Assembly (NCBI RefSeq): GCF_009914755.1
Contig: NC_060938.1
Origin: the human T2T-CHM13v2.0 reference genome, Homo sapiens
Direction: 5' to 3' (one strand)
DNA length: 64,000 nucleotides
The notes beneath the pieces were generated by a model, which searched no databases, was not told the origin of the DNA, and was given only the letters and a program-made list of their open reading frames with translations. Made by a program: the position numbers and the translations under genes. Below, one piece after another: positions 1 to 13,023 of this stretch (position 1 is the stretch's first letter; every line of letters starts with the position of its first letter).

Positions 1-731
1 GGAAATAGAAAAGAATACCTGTCATCTGGGTTTAGAAAGTATTGTTACCAATGGGCATGTGTGACCTGATCATAAATATGTTTAGTCTAGAATCAAAAAT
101 GGTGGAAATGGAAAAGCAAAAACCTTCCAACAATCCATCTATAATTACATTTTGGAGTCCTTTATTTCCTTTATATCCCAGTTGTTCCCTTCCGTACATT
201 TTTAGAATCTGGATCTTAATTAAGAAATACTGAATTGTGTCAATAATGGGAACCATTTTCTTTTTCTTTTGTTCCAAACGATTTTTGCGGATCAGGTTTA
301 AAGCATTAAAAAAAAAGTAGTGTAGCATCTTTTAGTTATTTGACATGCAAATGACGAAAAGTCAGAAGAAAGTCAATATAATACAAAATGAGTATCTCTA
401 ACTGGTCATTTAAGACAAGATAGATCACTTAATTTGAACTGAGGTTTCTCATCTATTAATAAAAAAGATATAACATCCTTTGCATTCTTAGGTTCTATTA
501 GGCACAGGGAATTTCTGTTCAGCACAGGGAATTGGTTCCATTTAGGTGCAAGGAATTTCTGAGGTGTATTTCATTGATGAAGGCAAGGAAAATTATGACA
601 ATTTACACATTTAGATTCCTCAAAACACCCAGCTCCCTGGTGAGCCCTTAACATAAAAGGACTCAAGTGGTCCATATTTAGTTGCCTACTGGTATTTGGC
701 CTAAGACCTGGATAGTAAGATAGAAAAAGCC

Positions 732-1160
732 TTTTTTTTTGTACAGTTTCACCAGCATCTCTTATTTTCTGACTTTTTAATAATAGCCATTCTGACTGGT
801 GTTAGATGGTATCTCATTCTGGTTTTGATTTGAAATCCTCTATTGGTCATTGATGTTGGGCTTTTTTTTATACGATTGTTTGCCATATGTATGGCTTCTT
901 TTGAAACGTGTCTATTCCTGTCCTTTTGCCACTTTTTTATGGAGCTGTTTGTTTTTATCTTGTAAATTTGTTTATGTTTCTTACAGATGCCGGATATTAG
1001 ACCTTTGTTGGATGCATAGCTTGCAAATATTTTCTCCCATTCTGTAGGTTGTCTGTTTACTCTGTTAATAGTTACTTTTGCTGTGCAGAAGCTCCTTAGT
1101 TTAATTAGGTCCCATTTGTCAATTTTTGCTTTTGCTACAATTGCTTTTGGTGTCTTCTTT
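732..1160 (-). mobile_element. L1PA (approx. PA8-PA13) ORF2 3' fragment, inverted 5' part of a twin-primed insertion
   Basis: Minus-strand translation [27 protein letters not shown]...[22 protein letters not shown] matches the L1 ORF2p C-terminal region. Confidence 0.93.
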
Positions 1161-1315
1161 ATGGAGGAGGGAGAGGATCGGGAAAAATAACTAATGGGTA
1201 CTAGGCTTAATACCTGGGTGAGGAAATAATCTGTACCACAAACCCCCATAACACAAGTTTACCATGTAAAAAACCTGCATTTGTAACCCTGAACTAAAAA
1301 TAAAAGCTTAAAAGA
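1161..1315 (+). mobile_element. L1PA 3' UTR end (sense part of the same insertion)
   Basis: gaaaaataactaatgggtactaggcttaatacctgggtga...acctgcatttgtaaccctgaactaaaaataaaag is the terminal 3' UTR of older L1PA. Confidence 0.92.
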
Positions 1316-2817
1316 AAATCCTAAGGAAATTCAAATAAAGTATGGACTTTTTTAAAAAATAGATAGGTAAATAAACTAAGAAGTATTGACTTAAAAAAAA
1401 AAAAGACAGGAAAGGCCATTTCTCAAAAAAGCATTCCCTGGTGCTTTACTCTTATTTCACATGGAGTTACATATTTTGATTTCTTATTTGTAAACTTAAC
1501 TGTTTCCAAAAATCAAAATAAGAATAGGAATCATGAGCTGTGTGGTGAGATGGACACTACCAAAAAGATGGCAACGAATGATGAAGATATTTGGCCTGCC
1601 ATGAGGCCTTCGGCTGTCTTGTGATTTACAAGTTGTTCTCAACTTCCAAAGATGTAGGAAAAATCCTTTTTCCTCTCAAGAAAAGGAAGGTTTGCTGCCA
1701 GTAGTTTCTCTCACAGCACATCTATCCTACGATTCCGAGAAGTATTTTTTTTTCTTTGTTTTATTCTCCCCTCTGGGATCTTATATCATGAGAGGAAAAG
1801 CAGGCCTGATGGGAAACAAAAGCAGACATTTTATGGATTGTAATTGATGAAAGAATGAAATGCATTAACTAATTGAGAACAGAAAATTGGAGCTTGAGAT
1901 CCCATTAGAAATCTCTTCTACTTCCTAGATCTTTTTAAAGATTTCCAAAATGCTTTTGGTTGGCCCCCTCACTGCTTTCCATCTGCTGTGTTTTTCTTTT
2001 TTTTTTTTTCTAGCTTCCCATTTAACCTGAAACAATTAATTTACTCATAAAACCAGGCAGATAATTTTTTTTCAGATAGCTTAGAAGAAAAAAAAGAGAA
2101 TGAATTTCTAATTAGGTAATTATCCATCACCTCATGCAACTAAGGATTTATCATTACTTCCAATACCACAGTAGCGTGAAAAATGGAAAAGAATGCAACA
2201 CCATTGGGTTTCACAGCAGCAGAAATGTTCACCCTGAAGAAACATTATGGCCCTTAGTCTTTCCTGGAACGATCAGTCATTGTGCTTTGGCTGAGATCAG
2301 GATTAAGGCTATTAACCCAGAACTATGTAGTTTGCAAAATACTTTTCCATGCTTTGTTGTATTCATTCCTCATGTAGGCCCTACAAAATTAATGATATTC
2401 ATCCATTTTGCCAATTAAAAAAATGATCGCTGGAAGATTTATGAGAATTGTCCATGGTTATCTACTGGAGAGCACACATACCTAGCAACATTCCCTTTAC
2501 CATGCAGACAGTGGACACTCTCTCTTAGACTTTGGAGAGGACAATGGTCGACTTCTTCTTAGAGTTTAAAAGCAAGTGCCTAGGGTAAACTGCACTTGGT
2601 TCCTTTCCTAGAAGGAATTATGAAGTGTATCTTTTATTAATTGGTATTGCAATCTTATCTCTGCTCTGTTTCCAGAAGATGATGCCAATTCCTAGGAGCC
2701 CCATTTCTGGGCTGGAAGTTTTGACCAGGAGACTTGACACCATTTGGAGGTAGAGGTGGTTGGTTTGGTTCATGAAAATTTTCCACCCAGATGCAAAAAG
2801 ACTATTTTGTAGCTAAT

Positions 2818-2977
2818 ATATATATATGTACATATATATGTGTGTATATATATGTATGTATACATGTATATGCATGTATATATATGTATGTATACATGTA
2901 TATGCATGTATATATACACATACATATGTGTGTGTATATATAATATATAATATATATATGTTATATATATTATATAT
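2818..2977. repeat. (TA)n/(TATG)n low-complexity microsatellite replacing the Alu tail
   Basis: Alternating TA/TG/CA run lying between the TSD TAGCTAAT and the Alu body. Confidence 0.9.
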
Positions 2978-3257
2978 TAGAGACAGGGTCTCACTCTGTC
3001 ACCCAGGCTGGAGTGCAGCGTTGTGTCCTAGCTCACAGGACTCACAAGATTCTGGGCACAAGCAATCTTCTAACCTCAACCACCTGAGTAGCTGGGACTA
3101 TGGGTATGCACCACTGTGCCCAGATAATTTTTTTTTTGTAGTGATGGGAGTCTACCTACAATGCTCAGGCTGGTCTTGAACTTCTGGTCATAAACAATCT
3201 TCTTGCCTCAGCCTCCCAAAGTGTTGAGATTTCAGGCATGAGGCATGGTGCCCAGCC
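2978..3257 (-). mobile_element. AluJ
   Basis: agacagggtctcactctgtcacccaggctggagtgcag...cccagcc; diverged J-type; TSD TAGCTAAT at 2810-2817 and 3258-3265. Confidence 0.93.
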
Positions 3258-3754
3258 TAGCTAATGATTTTAAAGTTAGTGGGAGATTGGATGTGAAATC
3301 TTCACCACATTCTGAGTGTTAAGTCTAAATAAGCAAGGGCATTGCAGACAGAAGACTAAGTCTAATTAGAGCTCTACTGTGAAACTGTGAATACGTTGAT
3401 TTTATTCATAAGACTTAGTTTTTCTGTACCTCATCTTCACTTAGAAAGTGTGGAAATATAAACCCCATGCATATCAGTTCCTGTCTTAAAACTCAACCCA
3501 CATTTTTTTCCTCCTCCAAAAAATATTTTCTAAGTACATAGTAATGGCCACTCCTACCTTTGTATCACCAGTATTTGCATATGGATCATACATTTGTAAG
3601 GGCTAATATTTATCAGGATAGATAGCATGACTATTATTCTCTCTATGGAAACCGACATTCAGAAAACTGAAGTGACACTCAATGTCACACAGCTCATGTT
3701 CGAATGGGTAAATACTTAAATTTAACATTGGCTGATTCAAAGCCCCTTCTCTCC

Positions 3755-4068
<314 letters not shown>

Positions 4069-4622
4069 TAAAGCCCATTCTCTTAATAGCATGCACTATA
4101 TACATGTTTACACTAAATTTTTCTATATATTTTTCTTAACAGCATTTATCAGCCTAAAATTCTAACTCGCTACTTGCTACAGGTTATACTTTTTAAAAAG
4201 TTACATTAATAAATATGCTATTTCAAAATTGTAGAAAAATTATACAATAGATCTGAAAGTATGTAACAAAAGCACTTAATAAACATACTTATTAAAGTAG
4301 ATCTGAAAGTATTTACCATAAGCATGATATAAATGGAGAATATTGCTATTTTGTTGAGCAGCAGGAGAGAGCTGTAGTATCGAAGGAAATGAATGGGTTT
4401 TCTCTTTTATTTTGCTGTAGCAGCATTGCAGTGAGGATAGAATCCTGAAGCCCTACCTTTTTTCACCTCCACAGACAGCCAATCTTCAATTCAGGAATTA
4501 ATTACATGTGACTAATTACTCACATGAACTGTATCATTTAACCTCAGGCAAATCACTTAATCTTTCTGCACTTCACTTGCCTCATCTTTGAAAAGAAACT
4601 GTGAGCTAGATCTTCTTTGATG

Positions 4623-4842
4623 TAGTGGTTCTCAAACATTGCTGCATGGTAGCATGATCTTACAGGTTTAAAAAAAAATTAAATTAAATTAAATTAAAAA
4701 AAAAAAAAACAAAAAAAACCTAGTGCTTAGGTAATGCCCTGTAACAAGTAAATCAGAATTTCTGGGGCGTGGAATCCAATCATCAATATTTCTTGAAACT
4801 CCCCAGGTAACTTCAGTGTGCAGTCAAGTTTGAAAACCAGTG
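4623..4842. mobile_element. MER5A (hAT-Charlie MITE)
   Basis: TIR-like ends tagtggttctcaaac...gtttgaaaaccagtg; internal aaatcagaatttctgggg and aaactccccaggt motifs; central A/AAATT run is expanded. Confidence 0.8.
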
Positions 4843-5079
4843 TTCTAACATCCCTTTAAAATCTAAACATTTTAAGTATATATGTATTAGTTCAGATGGG
4901 GAGAAACCAACAGAATACCATGGAGTAACTACTGAACTCATTTTGGTAATCATGGTAATGAAAACATGTTTGATGTAAGTGGAAGGAACGCGCATGAAAA
5001 TTTCTCCATTCTTATTTTGTAATAAAAGTAATGAGGAAGTAAGCATGTTGGATTGCTGAACACCATGAGATTAAATTCA

Positions 5080-5172
5080 GACAGTGTGGCCCAATGGAGA
5101 GAGGGCAGAAATAGATTTGAATTTTGATTTTGCTGCTTACTGACTTTGTTTTCTTAGGCAAGCCACCTAAAT
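5080..5172 (+). mobile_element. MIR fragment
   Basis: cagtgtggcccaatggaga...tttgctgcttactgactttg...ttaggcaagccacctaa. Confidence 0.55.
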
Positions 5173-5199
5173 CAAAGGAGCTCAAAGAGAGAAAAATAA

Positions 5200-5662
5200 A
5201 AAGACAATTAGAGTGCTTCTAGGGTATAAGTGCTGCCTATGATAGACTTACATGCTATGGAAGACTTTCGTAGAGGAATCCTACTCGGGGAAGGGTTCAA
5301 GGTGGGGGAGAAATGGCATTTACCAAAGGGTAAATAGCATTTACTAACCCAGGACAAAAATGGTGAAACAGTGACCTTGACGGCTTAATGGATATCCCAA
5401 CTTAGACGTGACCAAGTGCATAACATGTTTACAGAACTGCAAGTCCTTAGGTAGGAATGGAATTTAGAGTGTTTTCAAGTTGGGGACAGAGAGTAGTTTC
5501 AAGTAGAAAAAACTAAAGTTGGTGAGGTGAGCAAGAATTGCATCAGGCCAGGTATGGTGGCTCATGCCTGTAATCCCAGCACTTTGGGAGGCCAAGGCAG
5601 GCAGATCACGAGGTCAGGAGTTTGAGACCAGCCTGGCCAACATTGTGAAACCCTGTCTCTAC

Positions 5663-5693
<31 letters not shown>

Positions 5694-6360
5694 AGCCTGG
5701 CTTGGTGGCGTGCGCTTGTAGTCCCAGTTACTCAGGAGGCTGTTGCAGGAGAATCACTTAAACCCAGGAGGGGAGATTGTGGTGACCCAAAGTTGTGCCA
5801 CTGCACTACACCCTAGGCAACAGAGTGAGACTCCATCTCAAAAAAAAAAAGAAAGAAAGAAAAAAGAACTGGATCATGAAGAACATTGCATGCCACATTA
5901 ACCAGCTTTGAATTGATGGGGAGTTTAATAAAGAAGCTCTGAAAATTTCCAAGTAAAAGAATGGCCTGATAAGGTGTATATTTTCCAGCTAATTTTTGTG
6001 ATCTTAGTGTAGGAAATGGACCAAGGGTAAAGAAGAGTAAAAGAAGAGCAAGTTGTGCAGGCATCCAGGAAAGACGTGATGATGGTCTAGAGCAAGTCAG
6101 TGGAAATGGATTTCTGCAATATTTAGAATGGAATCAATAGGCTTTTATGATTCATTGGCAAAAGGGCCTGATGGAGAAAGAAGTCAAAATGGAGGAATTA
6201 AATTGATGACAGTAGTGGTAAGAGTACAGGAAGAGAAAATAGTATGAGGATAAATATGACCAGTTAAGCTTTGTAGATGTTAAATCTTTGAGCTACTCAA
6301 CCAGAAACGTCTGAAGCTCAGCTGATACTTATTTGGGAGTCATTAGCATTTTTATGAAAT
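5200..6360 (-). mobile_element. L2 fragment interrupted by an Alu
   Basis: AG-rich L2 antisense motifs (gatcatgaagaacattgcatgccacatt, gagtcattagcatt). Confidence 0.6.
5546..5863 (+). mobile_element. AluS (Sg/Sc-like) with expanded middle A-run
   Basis: ggccaggtatggtggctcatgcctgtaatccc; central A-run of about 28 nt; TSD AAGAA(T/C)TG(C/G)ATCA at 5533-5545 and 5864-5876. Confidence 0.95.
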
Positions 6361-6667
6361 TTGAATTTCCTTCTACTCCTTCATGCAACCCTGAGACTTG
6401 GATTTCTGGTACATTTCTATAGACTTCCTTTATCTTGCTCAGAGACACAAGGTCTGATAACTCTGAAAGGCATGCCAAATACTAGCAGGAAAATTTCACA
6501 GTTTGAATATCATGTGAGTTACCTTGAAAGGTAACAAGAAAAAGATCTACTAAGTTGAGAAGAATTCAGATTCTTGCTGACGTAACTGTCATTTCAGTTC
6601 CTCATATCAAGTGTTCAGATATGCTTTTATGATCCACAATTTAGCAGTGGAAACTTCCTCTATTAAT

Positions 6668-6706
6668 TATTCTCCTTCTCTCTTCTTTCTCTTTCTTCTC
6701 TCTCTT

Positions 6707-6740
<34 letters not shown>

Positions 6741-6756
6741 CCTCCTTCCTCTCTCC
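6668..6756. repeat. (CT)n polypyrimidine tract
   Basis: About 88 nt of C/T only. Confidence 0.9.
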
Positions 6757-7398
6757 AGATACCACATAATCTATAGCTACTGTCATGTATCTCATTCATT
6801 TTTATTGAACTTCTCTGAATAGTTGCCTGCACACAGAATTTCTCTTTCCTTACATTTCGACAGTCCATATGTTGCAAGCTGGCCCTTGTCTTTGCACTGA
6901 GACTCTTATTGAGATAAATCGGCACAACCTCTGAATTCTCAAGGCCCTTGGGCTCAAGGTATCATTTTTCCTAGGCCTTTATTCACCAGTGCTCACCATT
7001 ACCCCTCTGCTATAACTCCTCTTAGATCTCACGATGCTTCTCTGACTCCTGCTTATTTCTGAGCATCTCTTCCTTTTCTTATTTAGACAGATATTGCACA
7101 CTGTTCTGTTATCAGCCTGGTACTTTCCTTCTCCTCTGGGGTTCTAATCCTCTCACATTGTGTCAAATAGTAACGATAATGCAATCAAATCCCCAATCTA
7201 TATGCCCCATTGAGACATCTATTCTGTGTTTTAGACCCCCATCATGCTATGTGTAAGACATGTGTTTGTGTAAGAAGACAGCCACACATCCTCACATCCT
7301 TTAACATTTTTTTTTTTCACTTAATGTGGTGAGTTTGTTGTTTCATTGAATGTTCTGCATTCCATCTCATTAACTGGGCTGTGTTATTCAACTCTTTT

Positions 7399-7883
7399 AT
7401 TTTTTCAAATTTATTTTAGATTCAGGAGGTACATGTGCAAGCTTGTCACCTGAGTATACTGCATGGTGCTGAGGTTAGGGGTACTGATGATCCTGTCACC
7501 AAAGTACTGAGCACAGTACCCAACAGTAGTTTTTCAACCTTTGCCCTACTCTCACTCTTCCCTTTCTTAGTCCCCAGTTTCTATTTTTGCCATCTTTATG
7601 TCCATGAGTATCCATATTTAGCTCCCACTTGTAAGTGAGAACATGCAGTATTTGGTTTCCTGAGCCTACATTAATTAGTTTAGGATAATGTCCTCCAGCT
7701 ATATCTATGTTGCTGCAAAGAATATTATTTTGTTCTTTTTTATGGCTGGTATAGTATTCCATGGTGTATCTGTACCACATTTTCTTTATCAATCCACCAT
7801 TGATGGGCACATAGGTTGATTCCATGTATTTGCTATTGTCAGTAGTGCTGCTATAAACATGAGAATGCATGTGTCTTTTTGGT
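7399..7883 (-). mobile_element. L1PA13-16/L1PB-type 3' end
   Basis: ttttagattcaggaggtacatgtgcaagcttgtc...; minus-strand translation IKKMWYRYTMEYY; flanked by AACTCTTTT at 7390 and 7884. Confidence 0.92.
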
Positions 7884-7888
7884 AACTC

Positions 7889-8197
7889 TTTTTTTGTTTT
7901 TGTTTTTGAGGTAGAGTCTTGCTCTGTTACCCAGGCTGGAGTGCAGTAGTGTGATCCCGGCTCACTTCAACCTCCACTTCCTGGGTTCCAGCAATTCTCC
8001 TGCCTTAGCCTCCTGAGTAGTTGGGACTACAGGTACACACCACGATGCCTGTCTATTTTTTTTTTTTTTTTGGTATTTTTAGTACAGACAGGGTTTCACT
8101 ATGTTGGCCAGGCTGGTCTTGAACTCCTGGTCTCATGATCCCCCCGCCTCGGCCACCCAAAGTGCTGGGATTACAGGCATGAGCCACCGTGCCCTGC
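7889..8197 (-). mobile_element. AluS
   Basis: Full antisense dimer abutting the 5' truncation of the L1. Confidence 0.94.
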
Positions 8198-8494
8198 TCT
8201 TGATGATCTATTTTAGCATTGTTCCTGATATCAAGAAATCTTTTCAAAGAAAATGAAAGAAACATTAAGGAGAACTTCTCCCCTTCCTCTTCTATGACCC
8301 ACTAGCTTCTTTCATATATCAAAGTTGCTTGAAGCTGAGGTCTTTCTGCAAATCTTTAAAATCACCATCTCTTTAGTCTGTAATGAACCTGTGAGCTCCC
8401 TTTGTGACTATGACCCATTGATGACTTTCTTCATTTTTTAAGATGGTGACATTAGAACCCAAATTGGTAGACTCAGTCACATGGTGTGGGGTAA

Positions 8495-8835
<341 letters not shown>

Positions 8836-9030
8836 TAATAATATTTAAGTTTTAATTTGGCTTTGCCACAAGCAGAAATTTGACATTGGAAAATTGCTTT
8901 TCTTCTCTAAGTCTCACTTTCCTCTTCTGTAAATTAAGGATATAAATATTGCCCTTGTGAGAATGTTGTAAAGAACATGTGAGATATGTTTGTAAAATGG
9001 TAAGCAGAGTGCTTGGGTCCATAAGTAATA
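8836..9030 (+). mobile_element. MIR (3' part; 5' part at about 8478-8528)
   Basis: ctctaagtctcactttcctcttctgtaaa...gttgtaaagaacatgtgagata...gcagagtgcttgg. Confidence 0.7.
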
Positions 9031-9160
9031 ATTGTTGAGGTTTACTTTTGTTTTTTGCTTTCTATTTCTGTTATTATTGTATTTTAGGTCCCTGTTCTAC
9101 TTAGTAAAATTATATCTTTACTAATTGGTTATACTCTAAAATTGTCCTTGTTAACAATTG

Positions 9161-9161
<1 letters not shown>

Positions 9162-9195
<34 letters not shown>

Positions 9196-9219
9196 TGTGT
9201 GTGTATGTGTGTGTATGTA
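9162..9219. repeat. (TG)n microsatellite
   Basis: Imperfect TG repeat with a GCGC interruption. Confidence 0.95.
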
Positions 9220-10429
9220 TAGTGGTTGGGTTGGATTGGGGAATACAATGGTACAAAAGTGGCCTCTACCTGTGCAACATATAAAAGTTAATCCTGAGGC
9301 AGGGACTAAGCATGACCTTCTCCGTTGCTTATTCTCACAATGAGCAGATACCTGCATTGAAATAGCCTTGTCATCATGTTTCCACATTGCCAGATACCCT
9401 AGAAAATGAGATAAATTGAGGGGCATTAATGAGAAACATTAATACCTGTTGATATGTTGTAGACATTTAAACGTTGAGTCTAATGGCTTGCATCTTGCCT
9501 CTCTTTGGCTTTACGCAGGTGGTGAATGCTGTAAATACTTCCATTCTTTCTACACCAGGTCTTGTGCTATTGCACCATCAACTAATAAAGTGTAGATGGA
9601 CCATTACTGGAAAAAAAGCAAGACTGCAAACAGAAAACTTACGTTTCTCCGAGACCTAGTATTACTTTTCAGATAGAATACAGAATATTTAAGTTACAAA
9701 TTTCAACAATGGTAACTCAGAGGCTATGTTTTCTGAATGACACTAGACTAGAGACTTGAAGAAGTAAAATGATTTGGGAGATTTTCTGCTCTATAAGCTC
9801 TTTTCTCATGATAGCATATGACAATCAAAATAAACTTTTTTGTCAAACCCAACTAATCCCCAGAACATGTCAGCAAAACTGAACTTGAGTTACCCTGAAT
9901 CACTGCATAGAAGAATGAAGCCCTCAAGACAATCTCATTATTCCATTGGATCACTCTTTGTTTTCAAGTTTTAGTGGAAATAATTTTTTATTATTGACTA
10001 CTAAGATACTGAAATAAGTCAAATATGTGAAAATAAATTAAATGTCTCCCTAGACATATTAAACTCTGGAGTGAACACTGTTTGTAGTTAAACTCTCTCA
10101 CCATGACATATGTAAAAGCATCCCCAGCCATCTGACATATCTTTCCTGTCTTCTCTGCCTGTTGTCTGTCTTCTTGGACACAGTTCTCTTGACTACTGAA
10201 GTTGTGACTTCATTTTTCATCTTCTATTCTGTTCTTTGTCTGCTTCATTTAATAACTTACTTGCTATACTTGGTTAGTCTTTTGTGTGGAAAATAATGTG
10301 GAGAGTAGTGTTTTGCAATGTTTTATACTGATATGACATTTATAGACAACACTAGTGGTTTATATGTGAAAGGACTGTAATAATTGCATAGTTGTTTTTG
10401 TTTTTGTTATTGTTTTGAGCATAAACTTT

Positions 10430-10620
10430 GATTTTGAACTAATCAAGTTTAAATCTCAACTCTACCACTTAATCAAACCAGCTGACTAGTAAGTTTCAGG
10501 AATAGCAGAGTCAGTAGACAGATTATCTGAGTTCCACTCAGAAATTTACCACTTATACATTTGTGGCCTTAGGCAAACTATTTATACTATTTATCTGTAA
10601 AATGGGAGTAAAAATATTCG
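10430..10620 (+). mobile_element. MIR fragments
   Basis: accacttatacatttgtggccttaggcaaacta...atctgtaaaatgggagtaaaaata. Confidence 0.65.
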
Positions 10621-12667
10621 ATTTTTTGAGGAGTCTGAAAAATATAGAAAATAAGGTGCTTTCTTTTTGTCTTCTCCCCCAAAGTAAAGAGATTTATAAG
10701 TCCATATGTGGGTTGATGCTTTCCCCAACAGGTCCCATGTGGACAAGCCAGTAAGAGTTTTCAACTTGGGTGCCAGCAGTAACCGGTTATACAAAGGAAA
10801 CTCAACATTCCTCTTCCCCAAAGTAAACCTATTGCAAAAACCCCTTCCATCTAATAATAGCAACTCAAGGTTAGTAAATGTGATTTATTTCTCTGTCTTC
10901 AACACCTATCATAGTGGTTAACCGGTTATAGGAGCTTCACAGACGTATCTCAAGGAATGAATAAATAAAACAACAGATAGTTATCATTATCCTGCTAACT
11001 TGGCAGGCACTCTTTCTGGATTTTTATATTAAGAAAGAATTGAAATGATCTCTCTCTCTTTTCCTCTCTCTCTCTCCCCCTTTCCTCCCACCCCTAAAGC
11101 ACATATACTTAACCCTTCCTGGGTCTCTGGGCAAACAAGTGAGTTTCTATGGATTAATAACAGAAAATAATTCTAAACTTCATCCTGCCATGAATTAACT
11201 TCAGAAATGTGGCATGTAACTTAACCTGCCTGTACTTTATGCAAGTATAAAAAAGCTGAACTATATTTTCAAGGCTTTTTAAGCTCCCAAATGATGTCAC
11301 TGTTAATATTTCTTGGCAAAAATTAGAAGTTTATTCTATAGTTCCAGAACAACAAAGAACAGCTGATCGACTAATCCAGAGGCCAAACTTCTAACCTCAA
11401 AATGGTAGGTCTTCAACTTCTGAGGTAATGCATCCTGCCCTAGCACTGACTTTTAACAATCAAGAAAAATCATCAGTTCTTCTCTCGGCAAGTTCTGTGT
11501 TCTATATACAAGTCTAAGCTCTTCTACAATGAATGGAACTGCTTTTCATGCTTTTCATTGCAATAAGTAGCAGGGGCAGAGGAAATAATGAGTACTTCCT
11601 CAAAAACTTGTCTCTGCTGTTTGTGTGGGGATTGTGGACATTTTTCGCTATCCACTATTCTGGAAGTTGAGTGTCAGACATGAAAAGTTCAAGCTTTTGT
11701 GAAAATAATCTGTCCTTCCCTGAGAAATCAATGCATCATAATGCTTTCAATCAGCAGTAATGAGCCAGTGTGTCTCTTTCTCCTTGGAGCCTTCCTTGTG
11801 TTATTAAAAAAGTAGTTTGATAAAAATAAAAATGAAGGCTTAACAATAGAACATGAAATTAAAATTAAATGGATTTTTAGAGTCCCCCAAAAAACACCAA
11901 AATAATAATAATAATAATAGGCCACAAGTAATGCCTTCATGGTTTAGAAGAAGGTCTCTCAAAGGGGAAAAAATATATATGTGCTGAAAACATACAGTGA
12001 TTTATAAAAATTTGTTAATTGTCCAACTATTTCTGACTAAGAAAGGCCAAGAAATATCTCTCAATCACGTAATTATGTTAAATTTTAGCTCTAAGTTTTT
12101 ATCCAAATTTCTAAGTTTGGAAGGAAGAATGAATTTTTAAAATCTGTTCATAGATTTATTCCTTTACGGTAGTATTAAGAATGAGAAAAGAAACTTCTTC
12201 CCTCATTTCTGGTCGTTTATCTTCATTGGCTTTGCAATCTATGCATGTCTATGTGGCACTTTGTATTCATAAGACACAGTGCCATTATCCCGTATGATAA
12301 ACTCATGTTTCATAGAAATGTAATTACAATCACACAGACCTTAGAAATATAGACTTAAGAGAGTAAAATGCTATAATATTGTCAAATAACAGGAATTATT
12401 ATGGCTGTTCCTAATAATAGCATTACTACAGCCCCATTGGAGATTGCACAGAATTTCCTTTAAATAGAGATTATCCTAAAATACTTAATTTTTAAAAGGA
12501 ATTGTTGAAAATAGATGATAATGATCTATTTTTTTCTGAGAAAGGGGATAACAACTATCACCTAAATTTTATTTTGTTGTATTTTAAATTAGGTTCAATA
12601 CTTACATTACATTATAGAATTAACAGATTTAAACCAGAAACATCATTTTAAGAATAGAGTTGTAGAT

Positions 12668-12869
12668 TTTTTTTTTTTTTTTTTTGAGATGGAGTTTCAC
12701 TCTTGTTGCCCAGGCTGGAGTGCAGTCTTGGCTCACCACAATCTCTGCCTCCCGGGTTCAAGCGATTCTCCTGCCTCAGCCTCCTGAGTAGCTGGGATTA
12801 AAGGCATGTGCTACCATGCCCAGCTAATTTTTGTATTATTCTTGTTGTTGTTATTATTATTATTATTAT

Positions 12870-12908
<39 letters not shown>

Positions 12909-13023
12909 AGACGGAGTTTCTCCATGTTGGTCAAGCTGGTCTCAAACTCCTGACCTCAGGTGATCCACCTGCCTCAGCCTCCCTAACTGCTGGGATTACA
13001 GGTTTGAGCCATCATGCCCGGCC
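12668..13023 (-). mobile_element. AluSp/Sq with a microsatellite in the middle linker
   Basis: gagtttcactcttgttgccc and ctccatgttggtc diagnostics; TSD GAGTTG(T/G)AGAT at 12657-12667 and 13024-13034. Confidence 0.95.
12842..12906. repeat. Compound (TTG)3(TTA)6-7(AGT)12 STR
   Basis: Read directly from the sequence. Confidence 0.95.

Noticed and set aside
501-533. Direct repeat GCACAGGGAATT x2
   Set aside because: Short local duplication with no further structure.
749-1249. 166-aa ORF
   Set aside because: L1 ORF2 fragment read across the inversion junction; not a gene.
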